In this document: positions 1 through 10,209 of the stretch, one piece after another
How the letters are laid out: the number at the start of each line of letters is the position of its first letter
Numbering within the stretch: position 1 is the first letter of the stretch
Source of the DNA: a virus
DNA: 64,000 bases
IMG/VR virus record: IMGVR_UViG_3300020204_000006
Direction: 5' to 3' (one strand)
Program-made: the position numbers and the translations under genes
The notes under the pieces: generated by a model
The model's database searches: none
Told to the model about the DNA's origin: nothing
The model's input: only the letters and a program-made list of their open reading frames with translations

Positions 1-2
1 TT

Positions 3-923
3 GACATTGGTATTGTTAGAAAATATTTGTCAATAAGTGATCAGGAAAAAAAACTTCCAAATAATAGTTTTTACATAGTGTCTACTTCGCATTTGTATAG
101 TAGTCAGGTTCTAATTTCAAAAAAAATAAAGTTTGCTTGCCATCCATTTGGCGAAAAATGCAACCATTTATTCCAGGGTATTAAGTGCTATGATTTGTGT
201 GAGTCTGACATGGTTGATCCCTCTTGGTGTTATAATAAAAGCCTAGAAAAAATATTTGACGTTATGTGTATAACAAATGATTCTATGCATGGAATAAGCT
301 GTAAAGGTTTCCATTACATACCCTGCCTATTTGAAGCCTGCAAAAAAGCTAATCTTTCTTTGTGTGTTGTTAATTATACGGGCAAGAAATACAGATCAAA
401 TGATTCTGAACTTCTATCAATAAGAAAATTTATTAAAAAAAATTCTTTGAATATGCAACAGAGTAAGCCAAAAATTTCACAAAAACAAGTTAATAAAATA
501 ATGCAGGGTGCAAGAATTTTATGTGTTCCAAATTACTTGGACGCTAGCCCCAAAATAATAACAGAATCAATTATAAGAGGAGTGCCTGTTGCTCTTGGAA
601 ATTGTATAGTTGGTGGCACTAAATATATAGATGGAGAAAATGGTAAAATTTTTGAATGTGCAAAATCTTATAAAGAGTTTTGTTCAAATAAAGATTATTA
701 TGTTGATAGTCTTAAAAATTGTCTTATATCTTTAACATCAAAAAAATCAGATAGAAAAATTATGGTAAAAAACTATATGTCAAAATGGGGTCTTGCATGT
801 ACGAGTCGCAGACTTGCAGATATTTTAAAAGAACATAATATGATACCTGGCAACATATCTTACGTTTTTTATCCTGAATTCAAAAAACAAATGGAGAATC
901 TTTATGAAATTTTTCATAAATGA
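3..923 (+). CDS. GT-B (GT4-like) glycosyltransferase, 5' end probably outside the window
   Basis: Frame is open from base 3 (DIGIVRKYLSISD...), so the TTG at 27 is probably internal. C-terminal PNYLDASPKIITESIIRGVPV...GGT resembles the GT4 nucleotide-sugar binding motif. Confidence 0.6.
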   Translation, partial: DIGIVRKYLSISDQEKKLPNNSFYIVSTSHLYSSQVLISKKIKFACHPFGEKCNHLFQGIKCYDLCESDMVDPSWCYNKSLEKIFDVMCITNDSMHGISCKGFHYIPCLFEACKKANLSLCVVNYTGKKYRSNDSELLSIRKFIKKNSLNMQQSKPKISQKQVNKIMQGARILCVPNYLDASPKIITESIIRGVPVALGNCIVGGTKYIDGENGKIFECAKSYKEFCSNKDYYVDSLKNCLISLTSKKSDRKIMVKNYMSKWGLACTSRRLADILKEHNMIPGNISYVFYPEFKKQMENLYEIFHK

Positions 924-1818
924 AAATTTTGAGGATAAAACAAGCGGCAAAATAAAATTTCTTGGATTGCTGTCTAGGTATCTTCAGGAAATGGGTTTAA
1001 AAATGGATAAAAATAACCCAGATGTTTTACTTCATATTGGCAGAGATTATAAAAATTATATTAAAAAAAGTAAATTAATATGTAGGCTAGATGGTCTTGC
1101 AATAAATACAGATCAGGACTACAGCTCATCCAATAATAAAATATATAAAGCTGTAAAAAATAGCAACGCGATTATTTATCAAAATGTATTTTGTAAAGAG
1201 TCTTATGAGTCTTTTTTTCCAAAACTTAAAAAACAAAAAAACAAATGTATATTAAACGGAAACGTTGTTAAATATCATGGTAATAAAGAATTTTCTTTTT
1301 TAGCAAATGTAAAGTGGAGGCCTCACAAGAGAGTAAAAGAAACTGCTATGTGTTTTGCTAGGGCCTGTGACATGGGACTTAATAGTAAGCTTTATATAAC
1401 CGGTGAGGTTTCTAAGGAAGATAGGATCGCGCATAGCTCTATAGTTTATGCTGGATGGGTTCAGGACGCCGTATTAGAACAGCTGCTTGCTAAATGCTCT
1501 TTTGGATTGCATCTTGCTTGGCTTGACTGGTGTCCCAATACTGTAGTTGAATATTTATGCAACGGAATGTCTGTTTTGTATTCTTCTAGTGGTGGTACAA
1601 AGCATGTCGTTCAAGATAGTGGCATTTCTTTTATTGATAAAGAGTGGGATTTCAAGCCACACAAACTTTACATTCCACCTAAAATAGACGTAGATCATGT
1701 CGCTAATAAAATTATAGATTTAACAAAAATTAAAAACGTCAATTCTGGTCATGTTGATATTTGCAGCATTGCAAATCAATATAGTTTATTTTTTAATGAG
1801 GTATGTAATGAAAAATGA
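904..1818 (+). CDS. GT4-family glycosyltransferase
   Basis: ICRLDG; WLDWCPNTVVEYLCNGMSVLYSSSGGTKHVV matches the GT4 (E/D)xxPxxxxExxxxGxPV...GG pattern. Confidence 0.75.
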   Translation: MKFFINENFEDKTSGKIKFLGLLSRYLQEMGLKMDKNNPDVLLHIGRDYKNYIKKSKLICRLDGLAINTDQDYSSSNNKIYKAVKNSNAIIYQNVFCKESYESFFPKLKKQKNKCILNGNVVKYHGNKEFSFLANVKWRPHKRVKETAMCFARACDMGLNSKLYITGEVSKEDRIAHSSIVYAGWVQDAVLEQLLAKCSFGLHLAWLDWCPNTVVEYLCNGMSVLYSSSGGTKHVVQDSGISFIDKEWDFKPHKLYIPPKIDVDHVANKIIDLTKIKNVNSGHVDICSIANQYSLFFNEVCNEK

Positions 1819-2548
1819 AATAGGTGTAAGTATAATAACTCCGCTGTATAACTATGCAAAATATATAGGTGAAAATATAAAATCAGTTAAAAAATCTGGT
1901 GATTATAGTGGTATAAATTATGAACATATAGTTGTAGATGATTGTTCAAGTGATAATCCTGGTCCTCATATTGAGAAGGGGTTTCACTCTAAACTAATAT
2001 ATATAAAAAGAGATAAAAACGGCGGTATGTCTGCTTCTAGAAATACAGGTCTTTTAAAATCTTCTTTTTGTTATGTTTGTTTTTTAGACTCAGATGACAT
2101 GCTAACTAAAAGTAGTGTGATTGACAGATTCAATAAGCTTGAAAAGGGATATGATTTTGTGCATGGTCCTGTTCTTTCTTGTTGCGAAAGAAAAAGGTCT
2201 ATAAATAAAGAGTGGAGTAAATGGCCTTCAAAATCTAAAACAGAGGAAGCATATAGATTTATACATGCCCAAGGAGTGTGCTGCAAAAAAGAATTATTCA
2301 CAAAATATGGAATGTTTGATGAAAATTTAGTATGGAAGGCTGATAGGGAAATGTGGTCTAGGCTTATTAATAGAGGAGTTAATATAGGTACTGTTTCCGA
2401 ACCAGTTGCTCTTTATAGGAGTCATGACAAGCAGTGGAGCAAGCATCCTGAAAAATTAAAAAACAATGAAAGACTTACTTTGGAATTAAAGAAATTAATA
2501 GAAGTCAGGAGATCAAACTTAAATAATTTGAAATTTTTAAATGAATAA
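1808..2548 (+). CDS. GT2-family glycosyltransferase
   Basis: VSIITPLYNYAKYIGE, IVVDDCSSD, NGGMSASRNTG, FLDSDD (DxD). Start moved to ATG 1808, 11-nt overlap with upstream gene. Confidence 0.9.
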   Translation: MKNEIGVSIITPLYNYAKYIGENIKSVKKSGDYSGINYEHIVVDDCSSDNPGPHIEKGFHSKLIYIKRDKNGGMSASRNTGLLKSSFCYVCFLDSDDMLTKSSVIDRFNKLEKGYDFVHGPVLSCCERKRSINKEWSKWPSKSKTEEAYRFIHAQGVCCKKELFTKYGMFDENLVWKADREMWSRLINRGVNIGTVSEPVALYRSHDKQWSKHPEKLKNNERLTLELKKLIEVRRSNLNNLKFLNE

Positions 2549-3176
2549 AATTATAAAAAACATCATATTTGATTTAGACGGAGTTTTAGTAGATGCTTGT
2601 GACTGGCACTATGAATCTTTAAACAGGGCTTTGACTAAAAATGGATTTGAAGAAATAAATATTTCCGATCATAAGAAGACTTTCAATGGCCTACCTACTA
2701 AAGTTAAATTAAAAATGCTTAATTTAAATGAAGAGCAAATTGAGATGGTATCAAAAGACAAACAGTATATAACTCTAAATGTTATACACGAAATGTGCTT
2801 GAGAGATAAGTCAAAAATAGATTTTATGTTTTATTTAAAAAATCATGGAGTCAAAATAGGTTGTGTTACAAATAGCATAAAAAAAACTACAATAGCAATG
2901 CTATCTAATTGTGGAATAATAGACTTCATAGACAAAATTATTACAAATGAAGATGTTGTTGTGCCTAAACCAGATCCAGAGGGCTATATTAAATGTATGA
3001 AAAGTTTTTCTGCATCTCCACAAGATACCGTGATTGTGGAAGATAGTGAAAAAGGTGTTATGGCTGCATCAAAAACAAATTCATATATTTGGGTTGTAAA
3101 AAATGCAAAAAGTGTTACGATTGAAGATTTTAACATGTTTTGTTCTTTTAATTCTTTAGGTATATTTGAAAAATGA
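2541..3176 (+). CDS. HAD-superfamily phosphatase (beta-PGM/CbbY-like)
   Basis: Motif I IIFDLDGVLVD, motif II VTNS, PKPDPEGY, motif IV IVEDSEKG. Confidence 0.9.
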   Translation: MNKIIKNIIFDLDGVLVDACDWHYESLNRALTKNGFEEINISDHKKTFNGLPTKVKLKMLNLNEEQIEMVSKDKQYITLNVIHEMCLRDKSKIDFMFYLKNHGVKIGCVTNSIKKTTIAMLSNCGIIDFIDKIITNEDVVVPKPDPEGYIKCMKSFSASPQDTVIVEDSEKGVMAASKTNSYIWVVKNAKSVTIEDFNMFCSFNSLGIFEK

Positions 3177-3892
3177 TAAACATAGTTATTCCTGCTGCTG
3201 GAAGAGGAAGTAGATTTTCTTCATTAACAAGCACACCCAAGCCATTTATAGACATAAAGGGCAGAATTATGATTGATCATGCCATATCCAGTCTTGTTTC
3301 TAATTATGTTGATACATTTCAAGTCCATGTGTGTTTTCATAAAGATCATATTAAATATGAAAATTTTCTTAGTGAATTAAAAAATAGATATGATTTACAC
3401 TTAACGTACATAGATTATGTGACGTCTGGTCAGGCAGAGACTGTAAATATACTAGTAAAAAAAATAAGTAATAATTATCCAATATTAATTGCTAATTGTG
3501 ATCAGATAATAGAATGGGATATTAATGATTTTATTTCTTATTGTTTTTTAAATAATCTAGATGGGTGCATTCCTGTTTTTAGTTCAGACTCAGATAAATG
3601 GTCTTATGCGCAAACTGATGATAACGGATTTGTTTTAAAAACTGTCGAAAAAAAAGTTATATCTAATAATGCAACTGTTGGTATTTATTATTGGAAAAAT
3701 AAAGAAATATGCATTAAGTCAATAGAAGACATGAAGAGTAGTAATGACATGACTAATAATGAGTATTATGTTTGTCCAGCTTATAATTATTTAATAAAAA
3801 ATGGTGGAAAAGTTATGATATGGAATGACATAATAATGCATGGAGTTGGGACTCCGAATGACCTCAAAAGTTATATTGAATTACAAGGATAG
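3173..3892 (+). CDS. Sugar/polyol-phosphate nucleotidyltransferase (NTP_transferase family)
   Basis: IVIPAAGRGSRF...PKPFI, SGQAETV, LIANCDQ, EKKVISNNATVGIYYW, NNEYYVCPAYN, GVGTPNDL. Confidence 0.85.
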   Translation: MINIVIPAAGRGSRFSSLTSTPKPFIDIKGRIMIDHAISSLVSNYVDTFQVHVCFHKDHIKYENFLSELKNRYDLHLTYIDYVTSGQAETVNILVKKISNNYPILIANCDQIIEWDINDFISYCFLNNLDGCIPVFSSDSDKWSYAQTDDNGFVLKTVEKKVISNNATVGIYYWKNKEICIKSIEDMKSSNDMTNNEYYVCPAYNYLIKNGGKVMIWNDIIMHGVGTPNDLKSYIELQG

Positions 3893-3898
3893 CAATTA

Positions 3899-4672
3899 AT
3901 GTTTTTTGTTACAACATTTAGTGAAAGAGGATACAGGGAGTATGGAGAAAATATGCTTAATTCGTATGTTAAAAACTGCGACATTCCTATTTATGTATAT
4001 TATGAAAATTTTAAACCAAACATAGTTAGTCAAAATATTAGATATGTAGACATATTTGAAGTCAATCCCGATCTTATTTCTTTTATAAAAAGGAACAAAG
4101 AAAGACCTGTTTCAAATTTTAAATTTGACGGAGTTAGATTTAGTTATAAAGTTTTTGCGATAACAAATGCTGGCGTGAATCATTCATCTGAATGGATGTT
4201 TTGGATAGACGCTGATACTGTATTTAAAGAAAAAGTTAATCCCAAACAGATGATAAAAAAAATGCAAGATTGTGCATCTCTAAAAGATTCTAAATGTATT
4301 GATAATTATGATTTGGCATGTTTTTCAAGAAGAAAGACACCAAAAAGGCCTCCAGAAAAGTGCTGGACAGAATGCGGATTAGTGGGATACAATCTGAGAA
4401 ATCATAACACTTTAAACTTTCTTAAATTATTTAGAAATTTTTATATTAAGGATAAAATATATCAAGAAAAACAGCAGCATGATTCATGGATATTTGATGT
4501 TGTAAGAAAAAATTTGTCGCTTACAAATAAATTAATTGTTTTGAATTTAAACCCACAAAATTATTCTCACCCAATAGTACAGAGTCCAATGGGTTCTTTA
4601 TTTGACCATCTTAAGGGCAAGTTAAGAAAAAGAAGAGGCTCTAGTCCTGAAAAAAGAAAAAATATTACCTAA
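3899..4672 (+). CDS. GT-A fold glycosyltransferase-like protein
   Basis: FVTTFS...Y, RFSYKVFAI, WMFWIDADT (DxD), WTECG, HDSWIFD, DHLKG. Confidence 0.6.
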   Translation: MFFVTTFSERGYREYGENMLNSYVKNCDIPIYVYYENFKPNIVSQNIRYVDIFEVNPDLISFIKRNKERPVSNFKFDGVRFSYKVFAITNAGVNHSSEWMFWIDADTVFKEKVNPKQMIKKMQDCASLKDSKCIDNYDLACFSRRKTPKRPPEKCWTECGLVGYNLRNHNTLNFLKLFRNFYIKDKIYQEKQQHDSWIFDVVRKNLSLTNKLIVLNLNPQNYSHPIVQSPMGSLFDHLKGKLRKRRGSSPEKRKNIT

Positions 4673-4992
4673 TGAGACATTTTAATATAAAAAATTTTGA
4701 TAGAGGATGGATAATAGGCAATTTTGATAATTCGGTGTTAAAAACAGAAGATTTTGAACTTGGTATTAAAAATTACAAATCTGGAGAATTTAATCCCAAT
4801 CATTTACATAAACTCTCAAAAGAAATAAATTTTATTGTAAGCGGTGTTGTAAAATTTAATAAAGAATATTTTAGTGCCGGTGATGTGGTAGTTGTCGAAG
4901 AAAATGAATGTAGCTTTTTTGAATGTATTGAAGATTGTTGTATTGTAGTAGCAAGAAATAAATCTATAAGCACAGATAAGTATGAATGCTAA
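4672..4992 (+). CDS. Cupin-domain protein
   Basis: GWIIGNF, NPNHLHKLSKEINFIVSG (HxH...E cupin motif), FSAGDVVVVE. Confidence 0.75.
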   Translation: MRHFNIKNFDRGWIIGNFDNSVLKTEDFELGIKNYKSGEFNPNHLHKLSKEINFIVSGVVKFNKEYFSAGDVVVVEENECSFFECIEDCCIVVARNKSISTDKYEC

Positions 4993-5467
4993 TTTTGACA
5001 TAATAAGCCATAGAGGATATATAGAAGGTTGCAATCAAGAATTTGAAAACAATCCAGATCATTTGGAACATTGTTTTGAAAGATATCCTTGGATGTTTTT
5101 TGAAATAGATGTATGGAAAATAGGAAATAATTTTTATCTTGGTCATGATGAGCCTATCTATAAGGTCTATCTTGATTTTTTATATAATAAAAAGTTTTAT
5201 ATTCATGCCAAAAATCTGAATGCCTTTGAGTTTTTATATCAAAATAAAAATGCCAATCTTTTTAGGGACATGTTTTATCATGATAAAGATGATGTTACTG
5301 TGACTTTATCTGGTAAAATATGGTGCAACAAGAAAATATGGGTTAAAAATTCAATACTTAATCAGGTTTCAGAGGAAACAATAAATTTATATGATTTAAA
5401 TTATATTGGTATTTGTACTGACTTTCCATTAAAAGTTAAAAAATATATGGACCATCAATATGGGTGA
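4982..5467 (+). CDS. Small PLC-like/GDPD-like phosphodiesterase-fold protein
   Basis: IISHRG, EN, FEIDVW, LGHDEP, IHAKN, GICTD. Confidence 0.65.
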   Translation: MNANFDIISHRGYIEGCNQEFENNPDHLEHCFERYPWMFFEIDVWKIGNNFYLGHDEPIYKVYLDFLYNKKFYIHAKNLNAFEFLYQNKNANLFRDMFYHDKDDVTVTLSGKIWCNKKIWVKNSILNQVSEETINLYDLNYIGICTDFPLKVKKYMDHQYG

Positions 5468-6548
5468 TAGGGGAGTTATTATTTTTACAAATCATGTTGC
5501 TCCATGGCATATTGGAGGCAGTGAAATTGTTGTAGATAAAATAGCTGAAAATTTAGCCAATTATGTTCCGGTTGTTGTATGTGGTAGTGATGTCCCTGGT
5601 TACAAAAAATATAAAAATTATTTTCAGCACCGCGTTACAGACACTAATGATTTGAATTCTGTCTTGTCAAAATACAAAAACTATGAAATATTTATTTACA
5701 GTGATGGATATTTTTTTACAAAATTTATTTTAGATTATTGCAAGTTAAGAAATAAAAAAGTCCATTTGGCTCCAGTCGGATTCAATATAACTAGGGAAAA
5801 GGAAGAACTTAAAAAGAGAATTTTATCATACAGCAATATAAAATATATATATCATGATGTTAATTATGTGGATTTTATATGGGGTAATGAAAATTTATCT
5901 ACCATGCCAAAATATTCTTATTCAATAATACCAAATGGATTTGATGATTTTGAATTTAGTGGTACAGAAAAAAGACAATTTGACAAAAAGTCAATTATTA
6001 CTATTGCTAATACTTTCCCATTTAAGGGTCATGATTTGTGCATTGATGTTCTTGATGGTCTAATACAGGAATTTGACTTTGAATATCATATTTTTTGCAC
6101 AACACCATCTTGGATTGTTGCTAAAAATAAAATGAAATGGCTTATTTCGGAGTGCAACAAAAGATCAAAGTGGATGAGCGTTCACGTTGATTCTAAAAGA
6201 GAAAAAATGATTAGCTACTTAAAGGGTTCATCACTTATGCTTTTTCTTTCTCAAAAAGAAGTAAGCCCACTTGTTTTAATAGAATCTTGTGCTGCTGGTG
6301 TTCCATGGATAGCTTTTAATGTTGGGAACTCAAGGTCAATACCATCTGGTGTTATTTTTGATGCAGAAGAAGATTTTAAGGGCAATAAGATAATGACCGA
6401 AAATTTGAAATTAAAAATCTCAAACTGCATAAAGAATGAAATATTTGATGGTAATTTAATTGTCGATAAAGCTATTTCAAATAATTTTTTATCCGAAAGA
6501 TCGTGGTCATCTATATCTAAAATGTATTATGATTTTATACTAAAATAA
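5460..6548 (+). CDS. GT4-family glycosyltransferase
   Basis: PWHIGGSEIVV, IIPNG, KGHD, KEVSPLVLIESCAAGVPWIAFNVG. Confidence 0.85.
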   Translation: MGDRGVIIFTNHVAPWHIGGSEIVVDKIAENLANYVPVVVCGSDVPGYKKYKNYFQHRVTDTNDLNSVLSKYKNYEIFIYSDGYFFTKFILDYCKLRNKKVHLAPVGFNITREKEELKKRILSYSNIKYIYHDVNYVDFIWGNENLSTMPKYSYSIIPNGFDDFEFSGTEKRQFDKKSIITIANTFPFKGHDLCIDVLDGLIQEFDFEYHIFCTTPSWIVAKNKMKWLISECNKRSKWMSVHVDSKREKMISYLKGSSLMLFLSQKEVSPLVLIESCAAGVPWIAFNVGNSRSIPSGVIFDAEEDFKGNKIMTENLKLKISNCIKNEIFDGNLIVDKAISNNFLSERSWSSISKMYYDFILK

Positions 6549-6549
6549 T

Positions 6550-7374
6550 ATGAAAGTTTCAGTTTGCATAGCAGTTAAAAATTGTAGTAATTTTATAAAA
6601 GATTCACTATTTAGTATTTTGAATCAAGATTTTAAAGAAGATTGGGAAATATTACTTGGAGATGATCTGTCTAGCGATGGCACTATAGATGTTGTTATAG
6701 GTGCACTTAAATATATTGGTGGGAAAATTCCTGTTAGGTTATATAAATCTGATAAAAATATTGGATGTGGTCTTAGAAGGAATTGTCTTGTTAATTTTTC
6801 TTTTGGTGATTATGTTGCTATAGCTGACGGAGATGACATATATCCTCCCAAAAGAATAAGTGAGCAGTACTCAATAGCTTCTTCTGATAGTGGAATATTT
6901 GCATTATCGGGATCCTGTAATGTTATTGATGAATTTGGAAAAAGTATTTCACATATACACAAAGACAACATGACAGATCGTGAAATATTATATGCTCTTT
7001 CAAATACCTATGAAAACCCAATATGTGATCCATGTTCATTTTTTGACAAAAAAATATTTTTTGAAATGGGAGGGTATTCTTGTTTAGATCAAAATAAGCT
7101 TATACCTGATCTTGATTTGTGGATGAGATTTTTTGAATTTTCAAGATACGGCATTATAAGCAACAAGACAATTTTGGTTTTTGAAAATACTTGGGTTGAT
7201 TACAGAAAAAACCCAAATGGTAATACCGTAAAATTTAGTCGAGAAATGATGCGTGCACATGGTTTAAGACGAAAGATATTTAACCACAGGCTTTTAAACG
7301 AAGCAAGTGTTGAATTTAAAAAAGATTTTTCAACCCCTGGAAGGATGGAACTGATATATGAGCAAGGTTACTAG
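6550..7374 (+). CDS. GT2-family glycosyltransferase
   Basis: KVSVCIAVKN, EILLGDDLSSDGT, NIGCGLRRN, IADGDD, DLDLW. Confidence 0.85.
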   Translation: MKVSVCIAVKNCSNFIKDSLFSILNQDFKEDWEILLGDDLSSDGTIDVVIGALKYIGGKIPVRLYKSDKNIGCGLRRNCLVNFSFGDYVAIADGDDIYPPKRISEQYSIASSDSGIFALSGSCNVIDEFGKSISHIHKDNMTDREILYALSNTYENPICDPCSFFDKKIFFEMGGYSCLDQNKLIPDLDLWMRFFEFSRYGIISNKTILVFENTWVDYRKNPNGNTVKFSREMMRAHGLRRKIFNHRLLNEASVEFKKDFSTPGRMELIYEQGY

Positions 7375-8563
7375 TTCTCAAAATTGGTCGGACGAAGATT
7401 TAGAGTATTTGTATAAGGCTAGAAGTGAAAGCATTCCATATGACGTTATAGGCAGAGAGTTAAACAGGACAGCCGAAGCCTGTAAAAGCAAGTGGTTAAA
7501 AACAGAGTGGGATAAAATGTCATTTTTTAGATCTAGCGACACCAGGGTTAAAAAATCAAAAATTGTAGCCTTTGAAGAAAAAATGAATAAGACGGTTGAG
7601 AATAAGCTAGAGATGTTTAGACTTCGTGCCGATGTGCTGGGAGATAGAATAGAGAGTGCAATCAAAAAGGCTCCTAAAATAAAATTAACTCAATGGTCTC
7701 CTAAAAATAAAAAATATAAAATTGATTCTGAGGACATAGGTTTGGTTATGAGTGACCTACATATAGGCCACTCTCACAGTTTAGAAGAAACGGGCGGATT
7801 AAGTGAATACAATCTTGACATATTTATAAATAGGTTGAGAAATTTGGAGAATAGTGTTGCTGATATATATGAGCTCCACACTAGTCTTTATAAAATACCG
7901 AAGCTTCATATATTTTGCCTTGGCGACATAGTTGACGGAATGAACAACGCAGGAAGTTGGAGTCCTGTATATATAAACACGCCAATTTATGATCAGATAA
8001 TGATAGGTTTTGAAAATCTTTGTCATTCAATATGCTATTGGCTTACTATATTTGAAGAAATTCATTTTTATGGGGTTAGGGGAAATCATGGTAGGATAGC
8101 TCCATCTGGAGCTGAAAAGGACTACGCCAACTGGGATAACCTTTGCTATGACATGTTGAAACTTAAATTTGCTGACAACCCTCGTATAAAATTTAATGTA
8201 CCTAAAACATGGTGGATAATGGGTGAAATAAAAACACATAAGTTCCTTCTTGTCCACGGAGATGATGTTAGAAATTCTGGTCACGCTATTAAGGGTCTTG
8301 AAAATTTTGTCCAATCAATGAGCGGAATTATAAATGATAAACCAGATTACACTATATGTGGACATTTTCACCAATCTTCTGAATTAAGCACTAATTTTGG
8401 AAAAATGATTATTAATGGAAGTTTTGTTGGGGGTGACGTTTATTCCATAAAAAACCTGCATAAATGCTCTAAAGCAGAGCAAAAAATATTCGGCATAAAT
8501 GAATCCAGAGGTATAACGTGGAGGTATGATATAGATTTAGATCGTAAAAGATCTAAGAGATAA
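7358..8563 (+). CDS. Calcineurin-like metallophosphoesterase with N-terminal Myb/HTH-like domain
   Basis: All five motifs present: SDLHIG, LGDIVDG, GNHG, HGD, GHFH. N-terminus WSDEDLEYL...IGRELNRTAEACKSKW is Myb-like. Confidence 0.8.
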   Translation: MSKVTSSQNWSDEDLEYLYKARSESIPYDVIGRELNRTAEACKSKWLKTEWDKMSFFRSSDTRVKKSKIVAFEEKMNKTVENKLEMFRLRADVLGDRIESAIKKAPKIKLTQWSPKNKKYKIDSEDIGLVMSDLHIGHSHSLEETGGLSEYNLDIFINRLRNLENSVADIYELHTSLYKIPKLHIFCLGDIVDGMNNAGSWSPVYINTPIYDQIMIGFENLCHSICYWLTIFEEIHFYGVRGNHGRIAPSGAEKDYANWDNLCYDMLKLKFADNPRIKFNVPKTWWIMGEIKTHKFLLVHGDDVRNSGHAIKGLENFVQSMSGIINDKPDYTICGHFHQSSELSTNFGKMIINGSFVGGDVYSIKNLHKCSKAEQKIFGINESRGITWRYDIDLDRKRSKR

Positions 8564-8566
8564 ACT

Positions 8567-9022
8567 ATGCTTAGACTACCTGAATGGGCTCAAAAATTTA
8601 TAGAAAACAAAGAATGTCCTTATTGTGGTCATTTTTTAAAAAGTTGTAAAATTTTACACATGGGTATTAAGCTCAGATCAGAAGAAAAGCCATCTGATGG
8701 TTGCTGTTTGTGTTTTGACGCAAGGTGTAAAAAATGTGAAAATATTGCTTCTACCACAATAGTTACAGATATAAATTTTAGTTCTTTGCAAATAGCTAAT
8801 GAGATATATAAGGCTTTAGAGGATCTTAGTGTAGTTAAGTCTACAGGAAAAAAAAGCAATAGAAATGTTTCTAGGGAAATATATAAGAAAAAATATAAAA
8901 TTCCAGAAAGCGAAAGCGGTGAACTTAAAAAATTTTTAAAACATAACGATGACTATGAAACTTTTTTAAAGTTTATAGGTGTTAGTGATTTTGAAATAAA
9001 AAAAAGTAGCTACGATGGCTGA
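8567..9022 (+). CDS. Zinc-ribbon hypothetical protein
   Basis: CPYCGH...CKKC cysteine pairs. Confidence 0.5.
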   Translation: MLRLPEWAQKFIENKECPYCGHFLKSCKILHMGIKLRSEEKPSDGCCLCFDARCKKCENIASTTIVTDINFSSLQIANEIYKALEDLSVVKSTGKKSNRNVSREIYKKKYKIPESESGELKKFLKHNDDYETFLKFIGVSDFEIKKSSYDG

Positions 9023-10028
9023 TATGTGCATTTCTGAAAATTTCCCTTTTGTTTTTTCTCTATTAAAATGTTTTTACAATAGTGAAAATATATCATTAGA
9101 AAATTATAAATTAAAATTTTTAGATAATGCTATTGGTACCATTTCAGATAACTGTATCATTTTGCCAAATTCAGATGTGGAAAGTAACAGTATAAGATTG
9201 GTTGATATAATGCTTTCAGAAGCATCTGCAAAAAAAATAAATTTAGATAAAACTCAACTTAATAATTTTTATGCATTTGCTATTGGTATTATAAAGTACA
9301 CCTACGCGAATTCTTATCTTAAGTCATTTAGCGAAGATGAAATATCTTCTTCAGTAAAAAGAGAAACTTTTTATTTGCCTTCTAGTTTATTTTTTGATAT
9401 TGCTTGTCCTGTTTTTGAAATTTCTCATTCTAATAAATTAGATTTGAATTTTGGAAAAAAAGTGCCTTATGAGGTTTGTATTAAAAATAAATGTGCTTAT
9501 TTGAGCATGATGAACATGCACAATCCAATAGGTGACTTTATTATACTTGAATCCATGATGCTTGCTAATCATTGTGACCCTAAACATGCTTTTAATAAAT
9601 TGATATCAAATGCCAAAATAAATAATATATTTTTTTCTTCAATAAAAGATTTTTATCAAGATGATTTTAGTTTTTCTTTATTTGTTTTTATTTGCTGTAT
9701 GAAATATGAAATATCGTACAATTTTGATTACTCTGTTTTATATTTAGAAAGTGGTATTAAGACTGCAAAAAAATTCCAAGATCCACCTTTTTGGATATTC
9801 GGATTAATAGAGAAAATGCTGGAGTCAGAAAGAGGTCCAGATTTTACTGTTAAAATGGTATGGGATCCATATGTTGCACAAACATATAAGATGATAGAGG
9901 ATGCAAGACGAGAAAAGAAAATTTCCGGTACAACTTTGGAGTTTATGTTACGTGTTTTAAATTCTAATGAAGATGGTAAAAAAGATCTTATTGAAAAAGT
10001 TCTTGAGGATAATAGATATGAAAAGTGA
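9015..10028 (+). CDS. Hypothetical protein
   Basis: 337-aa ORF, 8-nt overlap with upstream gene, no recognised motif. Confidence 0.6.
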   Translation: MADMCISENFPFVFSLLKCFYNSENISLENYKLKFLDNAIGTISDNCIILPNSDVESNSIRLVDIMLSEASAKKINLDKTQLNNFYAFAIGIIKYTYANSYLKSFSEDEISSSVKRETFYLPSSLFFDIACPVFEISHSNKLDLNFGKKVPYEVCIKNKCAYLSMMNMHNPIGDFIILESMMLANHCDPKHAFNKLISNAKINNIFFSSIKDFYQDDFSFSLFVFICCMKYEISYNFDYSVLYLESGIKTAKKFQDPPFWIFGLIEKMLESERGPDFTVKMVWDPYVAQTYKMIEDARREKKISGTTLEFMLRVLNSNEDGKKDLIEKVLEDNRYEK

Positions 10029-10209
10029 AAATAAAGAAAATCTAAAAAAACTTTTATACAAGACCGACTCGTGTCTTAATATGATGCAAAACGGAAAATT
10101 TATAGTAGCTTTTGAAAAGCTTCAAGGTATAAGACAAATTATACTAAATATGATAGTAGAAGACGGATTTGAAAACAAGGTAAATAAAGATGTACAAAAT
10201 ATCGAGTAA
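10018..10209 (+). CDS. Small hypothetical protein
   Basis: ATG 10018 preceded by GAGG; 11-nt overlap with upstream stop. Confidence 0.5.
   Translation: MKSENKENLKKLLYKTDSCLNMMQNGKFIVAFEKLQGIRQIILNMIVEDGFENKVNKDVQNIE

Noticed and set aside
1-29. TTGACA at base 1 as a -35 box
   Set aside because: No good -10 at 16-18 nt spacing (TATTTG), and the region is an open frame continuous with the first CDS.
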